Source of the DNA: a virus
Direction: 5' to 3' (one strand)
IMG/VR virus record: IMGVR_UViG_2681812969_000001
Span: 4,448-68,447 of that record
DNA length: 64,000 nt
The notes beneath the pieces are model-generated. The model was given only the letters and a program-made list of their open reading frames with translations. It was not told the origin of the DNA and searched no databases. Positions 45,931 through 55,019 of the stretch are shown here, piece by piece. Made by a program: the position numbers and the translations under genes. How positions within the stretch are numbered: position 1 is the stretch's first letter; each line of letters opens with the position of its first letter.

Positions 45931-46127
45931 GGCTCCTCACCCGCCGCGACCCGCAACAGCAGCTCCGCGTGACACCACGGATCACCCGCCGGACACCGGT
46001 ATCGCTCGAACTCACCCGCCCGGGACCCGATGAACGGGTTCCGGGACCGCGACCACGACGCCCCAACATCAACCACAGCCTCCGGAACGCGACGCCCCGG
46101 ACCCTCGATCACCACACGTTCAGCCAC
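45927..46127 (-). CDS. Small hypothetical protein
   Basis: GTG at 46127; stop overlaps the next start. Confidence 0.4.
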   Translation of the reverse strand: MAERVVIEGPGRRVPEAVVDVGASWSRSRNPFIGSRAGEFERYRCPAGDPWCHAELLLRVAAGEEP

Positions 46128-46200
46128 GCCGAACCACCTTCCAGACAGCGCGAGAGGAGCCCCCGACAGGCGTCGGCGAGCCCCTCTCGAACCACGATTC

Positions 46201-46346
46201 CGTGTAGCGCGCGCTACACGTCCTGAGCACAAACAGACACCCGCGCAACGGGGCGTAGCGCACGTAGCGCAAACCCCTATCTGTGCAGGTCACACCCCTC
46301 TCCGGGCGTAGCGCACGACGTAGCGCACACCCAGGCTTGTAGCGCA
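46201..46346. repeat. 20-bp perfect palindrome plus five GTAGCGCA direct repeats
   Basis: CGTGTAGCGC|GCGCTACACG at 46201-46220; GTAGCGCA at 46255, 46264, 46308, 46320, 46339. Confidence 0.85.
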
Positions 46347-47065
46347 GCCCATTTCAGGCCCTTCTCACTGCTCGGAGCCCCGCCGGCGAGGGGCCGCGCG
46401 GACACCCGCTCAGCCTTCCCCGCAGCGTCCAACGCTGCCCCGAGCTCGGCCTCCGGCACACCAGTCAGGCCCGCCAGATCCGCGACGTGAACCGCGCCCT
46501 TCGGGGTCTTCCGGCGCTCCGGCCACACCTGCTCAAGACGCCCCGGCAGCGACTCATCCGGCTCCGTCTCGGGCTCCTCGTCGTCGCCGCCGAGGTCCAC
46601 CATCACCGGCCGCTGATGCAAGGTGACCACCCGCGGCGGCACGGTAACGAGCGGCTCCGGCGGCGGGGTCCGGTCCACCACGTACAGCGTCCGCGTCGGA
46701 GCCTCCACCTCCTCCGGCTCCTCGAGGTCGTCGTCGGGTTCGATGCGGGGCCACCACGCGACGACCGCAACCCACAGCCACAACGTCACCGGCGCCAGCA
46801 TCCCCGGCAGAAGCCACCACTGCGGCGACCCCCAACCGGCGAATCCGGCGGCGGTCGACACCAGACACCACGCCAACGCGGGAATGAACCACGCCAGGAT
46901 CGGGCGCGTCACCCGACGATCGGGCGAATTCGCGTCACGCCACCACGCGTAAAGCGTGGCAGCCATGATGAACGCCACGGTCCACAACCGCGGGCCGGCG
47001 AAATGAAAACCGCCCCACAATGCGAGCGGGGCGGCCAACACTGTCCAGAAACCACGTTCTCTCAC
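46277..47065 (-). CDS. Membrane protein with acidic/Pro linker and C-terminal HTH-like domain
   Basis: ~4 N-terminal TM segments; C-terminal AVHVADLAGLTGVPEAELGAAL. Confidence 0.65.
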   Translation of the reverse strand: MRERGFWTVLAAPLALWGGFHFAGPRLWTVAFIMAATLYAWWRDANSPDRRVTRPILAWFIPALAWCLVSTAAGFAGWGSPQWWLLPGMLAPVTLWLWVAVVAWWPRIEPDDDLEEPEEVEAPTRTLYVVDRTPPPEPLVTVPPRVVTLHQRPVMVDLGGDDEEPETEPDESLPGRLEQVWPERRKTPKGAVHVADLAGLTGVPEAELGAALDAAGKAERVSARPLAGGAPSSEKGLKWAALQAWVCATSCATPGEGCDLHR

Positions 47066-47322
47066 GACGCCGCCTCCACCGTCGGGAAAGCGTCGAGAAC
47101 CCCGACCTGCTCCGGCCTGGCAGTGACGACACGGCCCGTGCCGATCAACACCACCTCGACCCGCGCCGCACCGAACAGCAGAAGCGGACGCTCAACCGAC
47201 CGGACAACACCAAGCTGCCCAGCCGACGCCACAACCCGATCCTGCAGAAACGACACCGCCTCCACCACATCACCGCGCAGCACGCAGAAATCACCAGGCC
47301 GCGGCTCACGCTCCAGCATCAT
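47062..47322 (-). CDS. Small hypothetical protein
   Basis: 86 aa, coupled to neighbours. Confidence 0.5.
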   Translation of the reverse strand: MMLEREPRPGDFCVLRGDVVEAVSFLQDRVVASAGQLGVVRSVERPLLLFGAARVEVVLIGTGRVVTARPEQVGVLDAFPTVEAAS

Positions 47323-47731
47323 CGAAACCTCCCAAATCCTGACCGAAAGATTGAGTCAACGGGACATCACGGCGGCCCGCGTCCCACGCCACCGCCAACG
47401 CCGCCCAATCCGCGATATCCACCTCATGATCATCATCCACCGGAAGATCAGCCGCGATCGACGCATGCATCACACACGCCGCCGCCCACATGTTCACCGC
47501 CGGAGATGAACCAAGCGTGTCGTTCAACCAGCCCGTCACACGAACCTGCCCGGTACGTGCCCACCAATCCGCGTGCTCCTGAGAAACACCGACCCGCATC
47601 GACACAAGCGCCGCCGCCGCGAGATCCGGCTGCGTTACGAGAACCATCGGATTAGCGGTCGCCTCCACCGCCGCGGCGAGACGCTGAACAAGCGGGTCAT
47701 CAGCCGGGCATCCAGTCACGCCACCCATCAT
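47306..47731 (-). CDS. Hypothetical protein
   Basis: 141 aa; ATGA overlap. Confidence 0.55.
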   Translation of the reverse strand: MMGGVTGCPADDPLVQRLAAAVEATANPMVLVTQPDLAAAALVSMRVGVSQEHADWWARTGQVRVTGWLNDTLGSSPAVNMWAAACVMHASIAADLPVDDDHEVDIADWAALAVAWDAGRRDVPLTQSFGQDLGGFDDAGA

Positions 47732-48747
47732 GACGTCACCGACACATGCACGTGGTCCAAATGCTGCATCGTGTTCCGCTGCGCCTCCGTCTTCGCTGTA
47801 GAAAGCGACGGGTTACGGTACGGCCGCCACCCTTCACCGGCGCGGCTCGGGTTCCAGATCTTCGCATCCCAAATGACGTACTTCACGTTCAACCCCGCGG
47901 CGTTCTTCTCGAACCAGCGCGCAACCTCCCAACCCTTCGCCCGACCATCCGTGGTGTTCCAGCCAGGGACCATGAAATCCACTGCCCGACCAGACGGGTG
48001 ATCCGACGGGCCAGGGCGGCCACCGACACCACCGAGCTCCGTGATGTACGGCCACGCTTTCTTCCCGCACCTCAACACCCGCAACGCCTTCGGCTGCAAA
48101 CCCTTCTCCGCGGAAGAACCAGACGCCGGGCAATCACCGACAGCAGCCACGGGGGCCGGTGCTTTACACGACGCGGCCTTACCCTCGATCGCCGCGACAA
48201 TCGCCGACGCCCGCTCCATCTGATCCGCATACCTCGTCGGGTACGCCGACCGCTGCACAGCCTGCGCCACCGCGCCCGGATCCATGCCGCGCCAGCCCGG
48301 CACCAACCGCTTCATCTCCGCGAAGAAGTCATCCGCGGCCCTGTCGACGTCGGTCGAATTCATCCAGCCCTTCGACGGACGCTGCTGCAACCATCCCTTC
48401 GAGTCCCGGTCACCGTTCGGCAGATTCTTCAACCGCGACTCCACCAGCCCGGCCGCGACGATGATCCGCGCGCCCTCCGCCCCGGTCCCGGCGCGCTGAG
48501 CCGCCCGGTACCCGCGGACCGCGATGTCAGCCTGCTCCCGGTCCAGGTTCGGCACTGGACCGACACAGCCAGCAAGAGACGCGGCACTACTGCCCGGCGC
48601 GGCCTGACGGGCTTGCGCGGCCGCCGGCGCCGCAGCAGCAGCGCCAGCAGGGGTGAACGTCTCACCCCCACCACCGCCGCCACCGGAGCACGACGCGAAC
48701 ACGCCAAGCCCGACCAGAGCAACCGCCACCAGGCCCTCACCCCTCAC
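47728..48747 (-). CDS. Putative lipoprotein cell-wall hydrolase (lysozyme-like + metallopeptidase-like), VirB1-like role
   Basis: Lipobox-like FAS-C; LVES.L.NL..GDRDS.G..QQRPS.GW..AQAVQRSAYP..YA; C-terminal SDH..GRAVDFM..HLDHVHVS. Confidence 0.75.
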   Translation of the reverse strand: MRGEGLVAVALVGLGVFASCSGGGGGGGETFTPAGAAAAAPAAAQARQAAPGSSAASLAGCVGPVPNLDREQADIAVRGYRAAQRAGTGAEGARIIVAAGLVESRLKNLPNGDRDSKGWLQQRPSKGWMNSTDVDRAADDFFAEMKRLVPGWRGMDPGAVAQAVQRSAYPTRYADQMERASAIVAAIEGKAASCKAPAPVAAVGDCPASGSSAEKGLQPKALRVLRCGKKAWPYITELGGVGGRPGPSDHPSGRAVDFMVPGWNTTDGRAKGWEVARWFEKNAAGLNVKYVIWDAKIWNPSRAGEGWRPYRNPSLSTAKTEAQRNTMQHLDHVHVSVTS

Positions 48748-49292
48748 GACCCGCCCTCAACGTCGCCGTCGGTGGAGGTCACCGGGTTGTCCACCGGCTC
48801 CCACGACTGCACCAGCCAGTCACCACGCAACTGCTGCACCGCCGTCACCCGCACCCGCGGCGTCACACCCTGACCGCCGGCCGGGGTCACCCGCAGCCAC
48901 ACGTCACACCGCGGGACCTGACCGGCCGTGGCCTCCACCACCGGGGTACCAACCGGCACCTGATCCGGGTCGATCGCCGACACTCCGGCCCGCAGCTGCG
49001 GCTCCACCCAGCGCGCCACCGACCCCGGCCAATCCGACCGGTCCGGCCCGAAGAAGTCGACCGCGAACCCACGCACCGCGCCCTCACACGACGACCGCTG
49101 CCCCTGCATCCACGTCGCCTCCCGAGCGCCGTGCGCCGACATCCACACGGCCCGCCCGAACAGCAACACCACCAGCACCGCGACGACCGCGGCGGCCACC
49201 CCAACCCGGGATGGCCGCCGCAGAAACCACGCCGCGACAGAACGCGACCTACTCGACCCTGCGAGTGACCGCCGCGACCTCGACGAGGACAT
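48744..49292 (-). CDS. Bitopic membrane protein, VirB8/TcpC-like
   Basis: AAGGAG RBS; one TM, then A.RGFA..F..W and a terminal W.V strand pattern; position within the module. Confidence 0.55.
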   Translation of the reverse strand: MSSSRSRRSLAGSSRSRSVAAWFLRRPSRVGVAAAVVAVLVVLLFGRAVWMSAHGAREATWMQGQRSSCEGAVRGFAVDFFGPDRSDWPGSVARWVEPQLRAGVSAIDPDQVPVGTPVVEATAGQVPRCDVWLRVTPAGGQGVTPRVRVTAVQQLRGDWLVQSWEPVDNPVTSTDGDVEGGS

Positions 49293-51372
49293 TCGTGTGC
49301 TCCTTCTGTGTGATCGTCGTCGCCGCAGCCACCCGCAGCCGGGCCAGCTCAGCGCGAACCTCATCCGACAACCGCGCCGAATCCGGCGGGATCTTGTTCA
49401 CTCGCGGCGAGTAGCCCGGCGAGGTTGTGTCGACCGGGTCGGGCAGCCGCCGAATCCGCGGCTCCGGCGCGCCGCTCGAGTCCGGGGCGTCGGTGACGAC
49501 AACCCCTTGGACGACCTGCGTGGACGCGTCCGACCGCTGCTGCTGCTGTTCGGTGTCGAACTGCTCGGCGGGGATGAACCGCACCGGCCGCTGCTGCGGC
49601 AGCGGGGCGGCCTGCTCGGCGGCGCCAGTGTCGGCGGAGCCGGGTTCCCACGCAGCCTGCCCCGGGACCTGGCCGGTCGCGGCGCGGCGACGCCGCGTCC
49701 ATCCGGGACGCCCAGCATCCTGAGCGCCCGACCCATCACCACCACGGCCGCGGTCGCGGTTGCTGATCTGCAGCTCCCGAAGGATCTGCCGCAACACCCC
49801 GACCACGCCACGCGCCGACTGATCCACACCAGTCCGCGCATACAGCTTCGACCGGCCACGACGCCATGCCATGCGGGCCACGACGAGAATCGCGAGCATC
49901 CACCCGAACTTCCCCATCGTGCCCACCGTCGTAGCCGACAGAATCCCGCCGACCACACCGACCGTGAACGCGACGTACACCACGGTCGCGGCGAACGCTG
50001 TCACGAAGAACGTCGACAGCCACCCGACTGCCGCGCGGGCCATCCACTGGCACTCCGGGAACTGCGCCACCAGAGCTGCCGCCGGCGTGAACGCCACCAC
50101 CAGCTCAAGCGCGAGGCGGGCGGCGCCGACCCAGAACAGCGTCCACAGCAGGAAGTACGCCGCGGGGAACGCCCCGACCGCTCCGAGGAGTGCCTTCCAC
50201 GGACGCTCCGATGTATCGGATCCGGCGAGGGTCCGCTCGTAGGTCGCGGGGAACTCGGCCTTGTACGCCTTCGCGACCGCGAGGTAGTCGGCCTTCTTCG
50301 CCGCGTCCAACTGCGCCGCGTAGGCCGGGTCGGCTGCGGCCTGCGCCTGCTCGGCCCGGGTCATCGCGCCCGCCGCGAACAGTCGCATCGCGTACTTGTC
50401 CGCAGCGGCCTTGTCGGCGCCGAAGTTGATGTCGACGTAGGTGGGCCACACGATCTGCTCCCACAGCACGTCACCGATCGCTGCGTCCGCCGACGCACCG
50501 GCCTGACCCGCCGATGACGCCGTGCCGGTCGCCATCGTGGAGTACACGGCCGTCACGCCCTGCGACACGAGCGACCCGGCCGTGATCGGCACAGCGAGGG
50601 TGATCGCGCCGGCGGCGAGGATCACCGCGCCCTTCCACGTCTTCTCCCGGGACTCGGCGGTGTCGCCGTTCCCGGCGCGGAACGCGTGCCACAACGCGGT
50701 GGCACCGACGAGCGCGGTGAAGAAGAACAGCCACGCCCGGTAGCCCATCGTGTACCGGACGAACGACGTCAACGGCGTCAACACCTGCCACAGGCCGTCC
50801 GCGGGTTCGAGGACGATCTGCGCGGCCTGTGTCGACGCGGCGAGCATCGTCACCTGCGCCTGAATCAGGTTCCCCGCGGTCGAGTTCGCCGGGTCAGCGA
50901 CCCGCTTCTGCGCACCCGTCGTGGACAAGTCCAGGCCGACCGGGCAGCCTGGGTCGTGGATCACCGGCGCGAGACCGCCCCACCCGTAGGTGGAGTAGAA
51001 CCCGGTCCCCGGATGCGACGGGCCCGGGTCGATCCGGCCCGCCAGGCCGTCCGTGGGGGTCCCGACCGTCGGGAGGATCTTGCACCGGTCCCCGATCACC
51101 GCTGCCGCAGCTGCCTGACCGGCGTCCGACCCGGCCGCCGCGCCCGCTGCGCCTTTCAACGCCTCCGCGGCACCCAAGCCGGGGATGAGGCCTCGGACAG
51201 CGCCGCGCAAAGCGGCACCGGCGAGGTCACCCGCCGACGCCCCCTGCTCGGTGGCTGTCGGCTGCGGCGTCGGGGCAGGGGTGGGGTCCGCAGCGAACGC
51301 GGCCCCACCCCCACCCAGCATGAAAACGGCCGCCACACCAGCAGTGGCAGCCAACCTACGCAAGCGGGTCAT
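49249..51372 (-). CDS. Polytopic membrane protein, VirB6/TrbL-like
   Basis: 707 aa; signal peptide, LW..IVWP..NFG segment, multiple TMs, disordered C-tail; follows the VirB4-like ATPase. Confidence 0.65.
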   Translation of the reverse strand: MTRLRRLAATAGVAAVFMLGGGGAAFAADPTPAPTPQPTATEQGASAGDLAGAALRGAVRGLIPGLGAAEALKGAAGAAAGSDAGQAAAAAVIGDRCKILPTVGTPTDGLAGRIDPGPSHPGTGFYSTYGWGGLAPVIHDPGCPVGLDLSTTGAQKRVADPANSTAGNLIQAQVTMLAASTQAAQIVLEPADGLWQVLTPLTSFVRYTMGYRAWLFFFTALVGATALWHAFRAGNGDTAESREKTWKGAVILAAGAITLAVPITAGSLVSQGVTAVYSTMATGTASSAGQAGASADAAIGDVLWEQIVWPTYVDINFGADKAAADKYAMRLFAAGAMTRAEQAQAAADPAYAAQLDAAKKADYLAVAKAYKAEFPATYERTLAGSDTSERPWKALLGAVGAFPAAYFLLWTLFWVGAARLALELVVAFTPAAALVAQFPECQWMARAAVGWLSTFFVTAFAATVVYVAFTVGVVGGILSATTVGTMGKFGWMLAILVVARMAWRRGRSKLYARTGVDQSARGVVGVLRQILRELQISNRDRGRGGDGSGAQDAGRPGWTRRRRAATGQVPGQAAWEPGSADTGAAEQAAPLPQQRPVRFIPAEQFDTEQQQQRSDASTQVVQGVVVTDAPDSSGAPEPRIRRLPDPVDTTSPGYSPRVNKIPPDSARLSDEVRAELARLRVAAATTITQKEHTNVLVEVAAVTRRVE

Positions 51373-53852
51373 GACGCCCGCTCACCCCACAACGTGGCCA
51401 TCTTCGGAGCCTCCTTCGACGGAGTCGTCAACGACGCCCGCCTCACGTCGGGCGCCCACCAGCCGGTGTCGTGATGCACGTGCCGCACCCGACCATCGAA
51501 ACCGCGGACCGTGAAATCACCCGTCCCAAGCGACGGAAGCCGGGCCGCGTCCACCGGAGCGAGTCGCATCATCCGCGCCATCACCTCAGCGTTCGCGCCG
51601 ACCACCCGGCCGCACAGCGTCTGACCCACCAGCGACCCGATCAGGTCATCACCGAGCCGGGACATGGCCGTCGGGGTCTGCATCAGCCACAGAATCGCCG
51701 CATCAACCTTCCGCGACGTGTACGCCGACCGGCGCATCAACGTCGCCATCGCCGAGTGCCCAGCGAGAGTCACACCCAGCTCGTCATCGATCTGCATCTT
51801 CGGGTCCGTGTCAGCCCACAGGCTGAGTCCCGCCAGACGAGACGCGCCGAGCAGGATCGGCACCGACTGGTGCATCCCGACCGTCCAGTCATGGCGGTCC
51901 AGACCGATGTCCGGGATTTCGATACCCGGCATCGTCAGCACCGTCACGCCCGCCGACGACACGGACCTCGTCAACCGATCCGCGTCCACGTCACCCGCCG
52001 GGAAGCACAGCATCCCCTCAAGCGAGTCACGCTTCCCGCGCAGCAGCTTCCCGACCCGCCGCCCGGCGTCGCCCTCGCGGTCGAGGGCATCCAGGATCGT
52101 CGAGGAGTGCTGCCCGTAGGCGCCGCCGACCTCGTTGCACGCCGCGGACACAGCCCGCATCGCGTCACGGTCGTCAGCGAGTTCCCACGCGCACGCCCGG
52201 GTCATGTCGACCGCGAACGCCACCCGCTCAGCCCGCGCCGCCCGCAACGCACCAGCGTGTTCGGCGTCGCTGGTGCCGTCGGTCTGCACCGGGTCCGGGA
52301 TCAGCACGTGCGGCATCAACGCCCCCTGAGGGGCCTGTGTCGTCACCGGTATCTCACGCCCGTCCACACCCGGCGTCTTCACCAGACGCGCCATCCCCGA
52401 ATGCGGCGACGGGTCCGTGATGATGACCCGCCGGCCGACCTCGTGGCAGTGGGCGGCGGCGCCGACACCGACCGTGGACTTCCCCGTACCGAGACCGCCG
52501 ACGACGAGGGTCACGCCGGACCCTTCGACGTCGGTGCGGCTGGTCTTCGCCCTAGGGCCCTCCCACCAGTCCATGACGAGGTTCTCCCGGGTGCCGTCAA
52601 CCGCGCCGAACAACTGCCCGACCGTCGCACCAGCACGCCCGGAGGAGTTCGGGACCCCAGCGGCCCACACCCGAGCCGAATCCTGCGTGACATGCCCGTC
52701 GAGCCGGAACAGCCGGCCAGGCTCCATCGACTCCCAGTCCGCGTACTGCCCGAGTTCGTGGCTGACGGTCGCGTGGATCTGGTCGTCGGCGTCCTTCACA
52801 ACCGAGGTGACGGCCTTCGCCGCCGCCTCGTGCGTGTCCCGTGGGAGGGCGACCTTCACGACGGCCTGCACCCGGTAGGAGTCGATGCGGTCCTGCGCGC
52901 GCAGTTCACGGTTGACCTGCACGGCGCGGGCGATGCCGTCCTCGACCTCGGGTGTCGGGTCGTACCCGGCCTTCGCCGAGGAACGCTCGTGGGAGCGGTT
53001 CTCCCGCAACCGCAGCTGCATGTCTTTGCGCAGCTCCCCGGGGGATACGACGGTGCCCTGCGCGACCAGGTAGGTGCGGCCCGGGCGGCGCCCGAACCAC
53101 GCCAGCCACGGCGGCTGCGCGGCCGAGTCGAACCCGGTCGGGGCGGTGTCGACACGCACCACCGGCACCCACTGCTCCACCCGGTCACCCGCGTGGAGCG
53201 TCGACAGGTGCGTGTTCGGCTGCATCGGGTCCGCCGACGGCGTAACCGCCCCGGCGCCGGGGAGGCCCATGCGGGTGAACTCCCGGTGCAGGTCCTCGAT
53301 CTGCCCGGCGGTCAGGCGACGCCCGTACCCGCCGATCACGTCATCGAGGAGACGGACCTCGTGCTGCACCTGAGCGAACTCGGACAGCTCCGGCGCGAGC
53401 GGCGCGCCCGGCTCGCACAGCGGCAGATGCTCCCGCGCCACCGCACGGTCGGCGACCCGGACCGCCAGGACGCACCGCCACCACGCCGCACCCAGCGAGG
53501 AGTGCACGAACGCGTCCGCCATCCGGTCCAGGTATTCCCCGGACGCGCCCGGGTACTCGGCGTCCTGCGCCGCCCGGAACGCCGCCCGGTCCGGCGACTC
53601 GTGCCACCCGAACCACACCAGGCGCCGCCCGACCAGGTCCGGGTACATGCCGGCCTGCGCGGCGATGACCTTGTCGACCCCGGCGCCGAGACCGATGGTG
53701 TCGACGTCGTTCAGCAGCCAGAACGCGAACGTGGTTCCGGCGGCCGGGTGGGTGAGGAACCGGCCGTGCGCGTACGGCTCCTCCGCGCGGATCCGGGCAC
53801 GCTCGGCCCGGCTGCTACGCCACGCCGTCAGGCGGGCAAGAGGGGTAGTCAC
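51369..53852 (-). CDS. VirB4-like (AAA_10) ATPase
   Basis: ~827 aa; Walker A GGLGTGKST (52473-52499), IITDPS, Walker B QIDDE, SRK..LMQ; AGGAG RBS. Confidence 0.78.
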   Translation of the reverse strand: MTTPLARLTAWRSSRAERARIRAEEPYAHGRFLTHPAAGTTFAFWLLNDVDTIGLGAGVDKVIAAQAGMYPDLVGRRLVWFGWHESPDRAAFRAAQDAEYPGASGEYLDRMADAFVHSSLGAAWWRCVLAVRVADRAVAREHLPLCEPGAPLAPELSEFAQVQHEVRLLDDVIGGYGRRLTAGQIEDLHREFTRMGLPGAGAVTPSADPMQPNTHLSTLHAGDRVEQWVPVVRVDTAPTGFDSAAQPPWLAWFGRRPGRTYLVAQGTVVSPGELRKDMQLRLRENRSHERSSAKAGYDPTPEVEDGIARAVQVNRELRAQDRIDSYRVQAVVKVALPRDTHEAAAKAVTSVVKDADDQIHATVSHELGQYADWESMEPGRLFRLDGHVTQDSARVWAAGVPNSSGRAGATVGQLFGAVDGTRENLVMDWWEGPRAKTSRTDVEGSGVTLVVGGLGTGKSTVGVGAAAHCHEVGRRVIITDPSPHSGMARLVKTPGVDGREIPVTTQAPQGALMPHVLIPDPVQTDGTSDAEHAGALRAARAERVAFAVDMTRACAWELADDRDAMRAVSAACNEVGGAYGQHSSTILDALDREGDAGRRVGKLLRGKRDSLEGMLCFPAGDVDADRLTRSVSSAGVTVLTMPGIEIPDIGLDRHDWTVGMHQSVPILLGASRLAGLSLWADTDPKMQIDDELGVTLAGHSAMATLMRRSAYTSRKVDAAILWLMQTPTAMSRLGDDLIGSLVGQTLCGRVVGANAEVMARMMRLAPVDAARLPSLGTGDFTVRGFDGRVRHVHHDTGWWAPDVRRASLTTPSKEAPKMATLWGERAS

Positions 53853-54276
53853 ATCGACTCCTGAATCGGGTAGGAGGCGCCACCGGCGCCCCCACGGTGA
53901 GGGGGCCGGTAGCGACCGGGATAGGTGAGGCCCCGACAGCGGTCGTGTCAGGGCGGCGGGGCGCCGCGGCTTCCGACCGCAGCACCCACAGCAGGTACGG
54001 GAGAGGCTTCTGCGGTTTCTCGTGACGGCCCACGACCCGCAGTACCGAGACCACGGTCGCGAACCCCGCGACAACCGCCGCCAGGGCGGCGGCGATCAGC
54101 CACCACGGGCCCGCGCCAAGCACGGTCCCGACGGACCAGAACGCCACCCCGTACGCCGGGACCGTGACGGCCATCCCCGCGAAACCGCGGATCCACATGT
54201 GCCAGCGGAACTCCCCGGGAAGCTCGGTCGCGATCTCCTCGACACGGTTCGCCGCGTCGTCGGACTCGTAGATCAT
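53815..54276 (-). CDS. Two-TM protein, VirB3/TcpE-like
   Basis: Two TMs; directly upstream of the VirB4-like gene. Confidence 0.55.
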   Translation of the reverse strand: MIYESDDAANRVEEIATELPGEFRWHMWIRGFAGMAVTVPAYGVAFWSVGTVLGAGPWWLIAAALAAVVAGFATVVSVLRVVGRHEKPQKPLPYLLWVLRSEAAAPRRPDTTAVGASPIPVATGPLTVGAPVAPPTRFRSRCDYPSCPPDGVA

Positions 54277-54629
54277 CAGCCGGAGAACGCCGCCCGCAGG
54301 AACCACCCGGCAGCGCCGACGAGGAACACCACGAACCCGATCGCGGACACGGTGCCCCACCCGATCGCGGAGGCCATGACGACGCCCTGCTGACGGGTCT
54401 TCTGGGTGTTGCCCTTCCCCGCGGAGAAGCTCTGGGCGATGGCGAGCCACCCGACCGCGACGGCCAGGAGGAACAACAACACTCCGACGAGGAACGACAT
54501 GGACGGCGCGAGCCCGGTACTGGAGTTCGCGAGCTGCGCGAGCTGCGAAGACTGGTTCCACACGCCAGCGCCAGCCTGGGCCGCCGCTGTCGCGGTACCG
54601 CCCGGGGTGGGGATCGGGTCAGGGTTCAT
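54276..54629 (-). CDS. Small two-TM pilin-like (VirB2-like) protein
   Basis: 117 aa; two hydrophobic helices with a basic loop (AGKGNTQKTRQQ); AAAGGA RBS; first gene of the module. Confidence 0.55.
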   Translation of the reverse strand: MNPDPIPTPGGTATAAAQAGAGVWNQSSQLAQLANSSTGLAPSMSFLVGVLLFLLAVAVGWLAIAQSFSAGKGNTQKTRQQGVVMASAIGWGTVSAIGFVVFLVGAAGWFLRAAFSG

Positions 54630-54653
54630 GATTCGTGTCCTTTCGATGAGGAA

Positions 54654-54682
54654 GGGCGGCCACCCCCGATGGGTGACCGCCC
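54654..54682. terminator. Hairpin upstream of the conjugation-like operon
   Basis: GGGCGGCCACCC-CCGAT-GGGTGACCGCCC (one mismatch). Confidence 0.5.
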
Positions 54683-54701
54683 ACTTTTGTGTGCGAAATG
54701 T

Positions 54702-55019
54702 TCAGGCCGGTTCGACCCGAACGGGGGTGAGAGACAGCCACCACACGGGCCGCTCAGGAACAGGCGGCTCCCAGCCGCCCTGGAACATCAGACCGGCCGC
54801 TGCGAGCGGCGCCCACGGCGCGCACGGCCCGGGGTCGATGACGCGGAACCGGTAGGGCGCCTCGTCGAGCCGCTCGGGTGCCGTGGTGAACCACAGCCAG
54901 CCGCCTTGACGGCGCCGCCACCCAGCCGGTTTCGCGTACCCGGACACGCGCGCACAGCGGGCCGCGCCAGGGTCGAACGTCACCCACCACAACGGCCCGT
55001 CAAGCGGCAGCACGGTCAC
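54702..55019 (-). CDS. Hypothetical Trp-rich protein
   Basis: 105-aa ORF. Confidence 0.45.
   Translation of the reverse strand: MTVLPLDGPLWWVTFDPGAARCARVSGYAKPAGWRRRQGGWLWFTTAPERLDEAPYRFRVIDPGPCAPWAPLAAAGLMFQGGWEPPVPERPVWWLSLTPVRVEPA

Noticed and set aside
46201..46346. CRISPR array
   Set aside because: Repeats are 8-14 bp with irregular spacing, and no cas genes are present.
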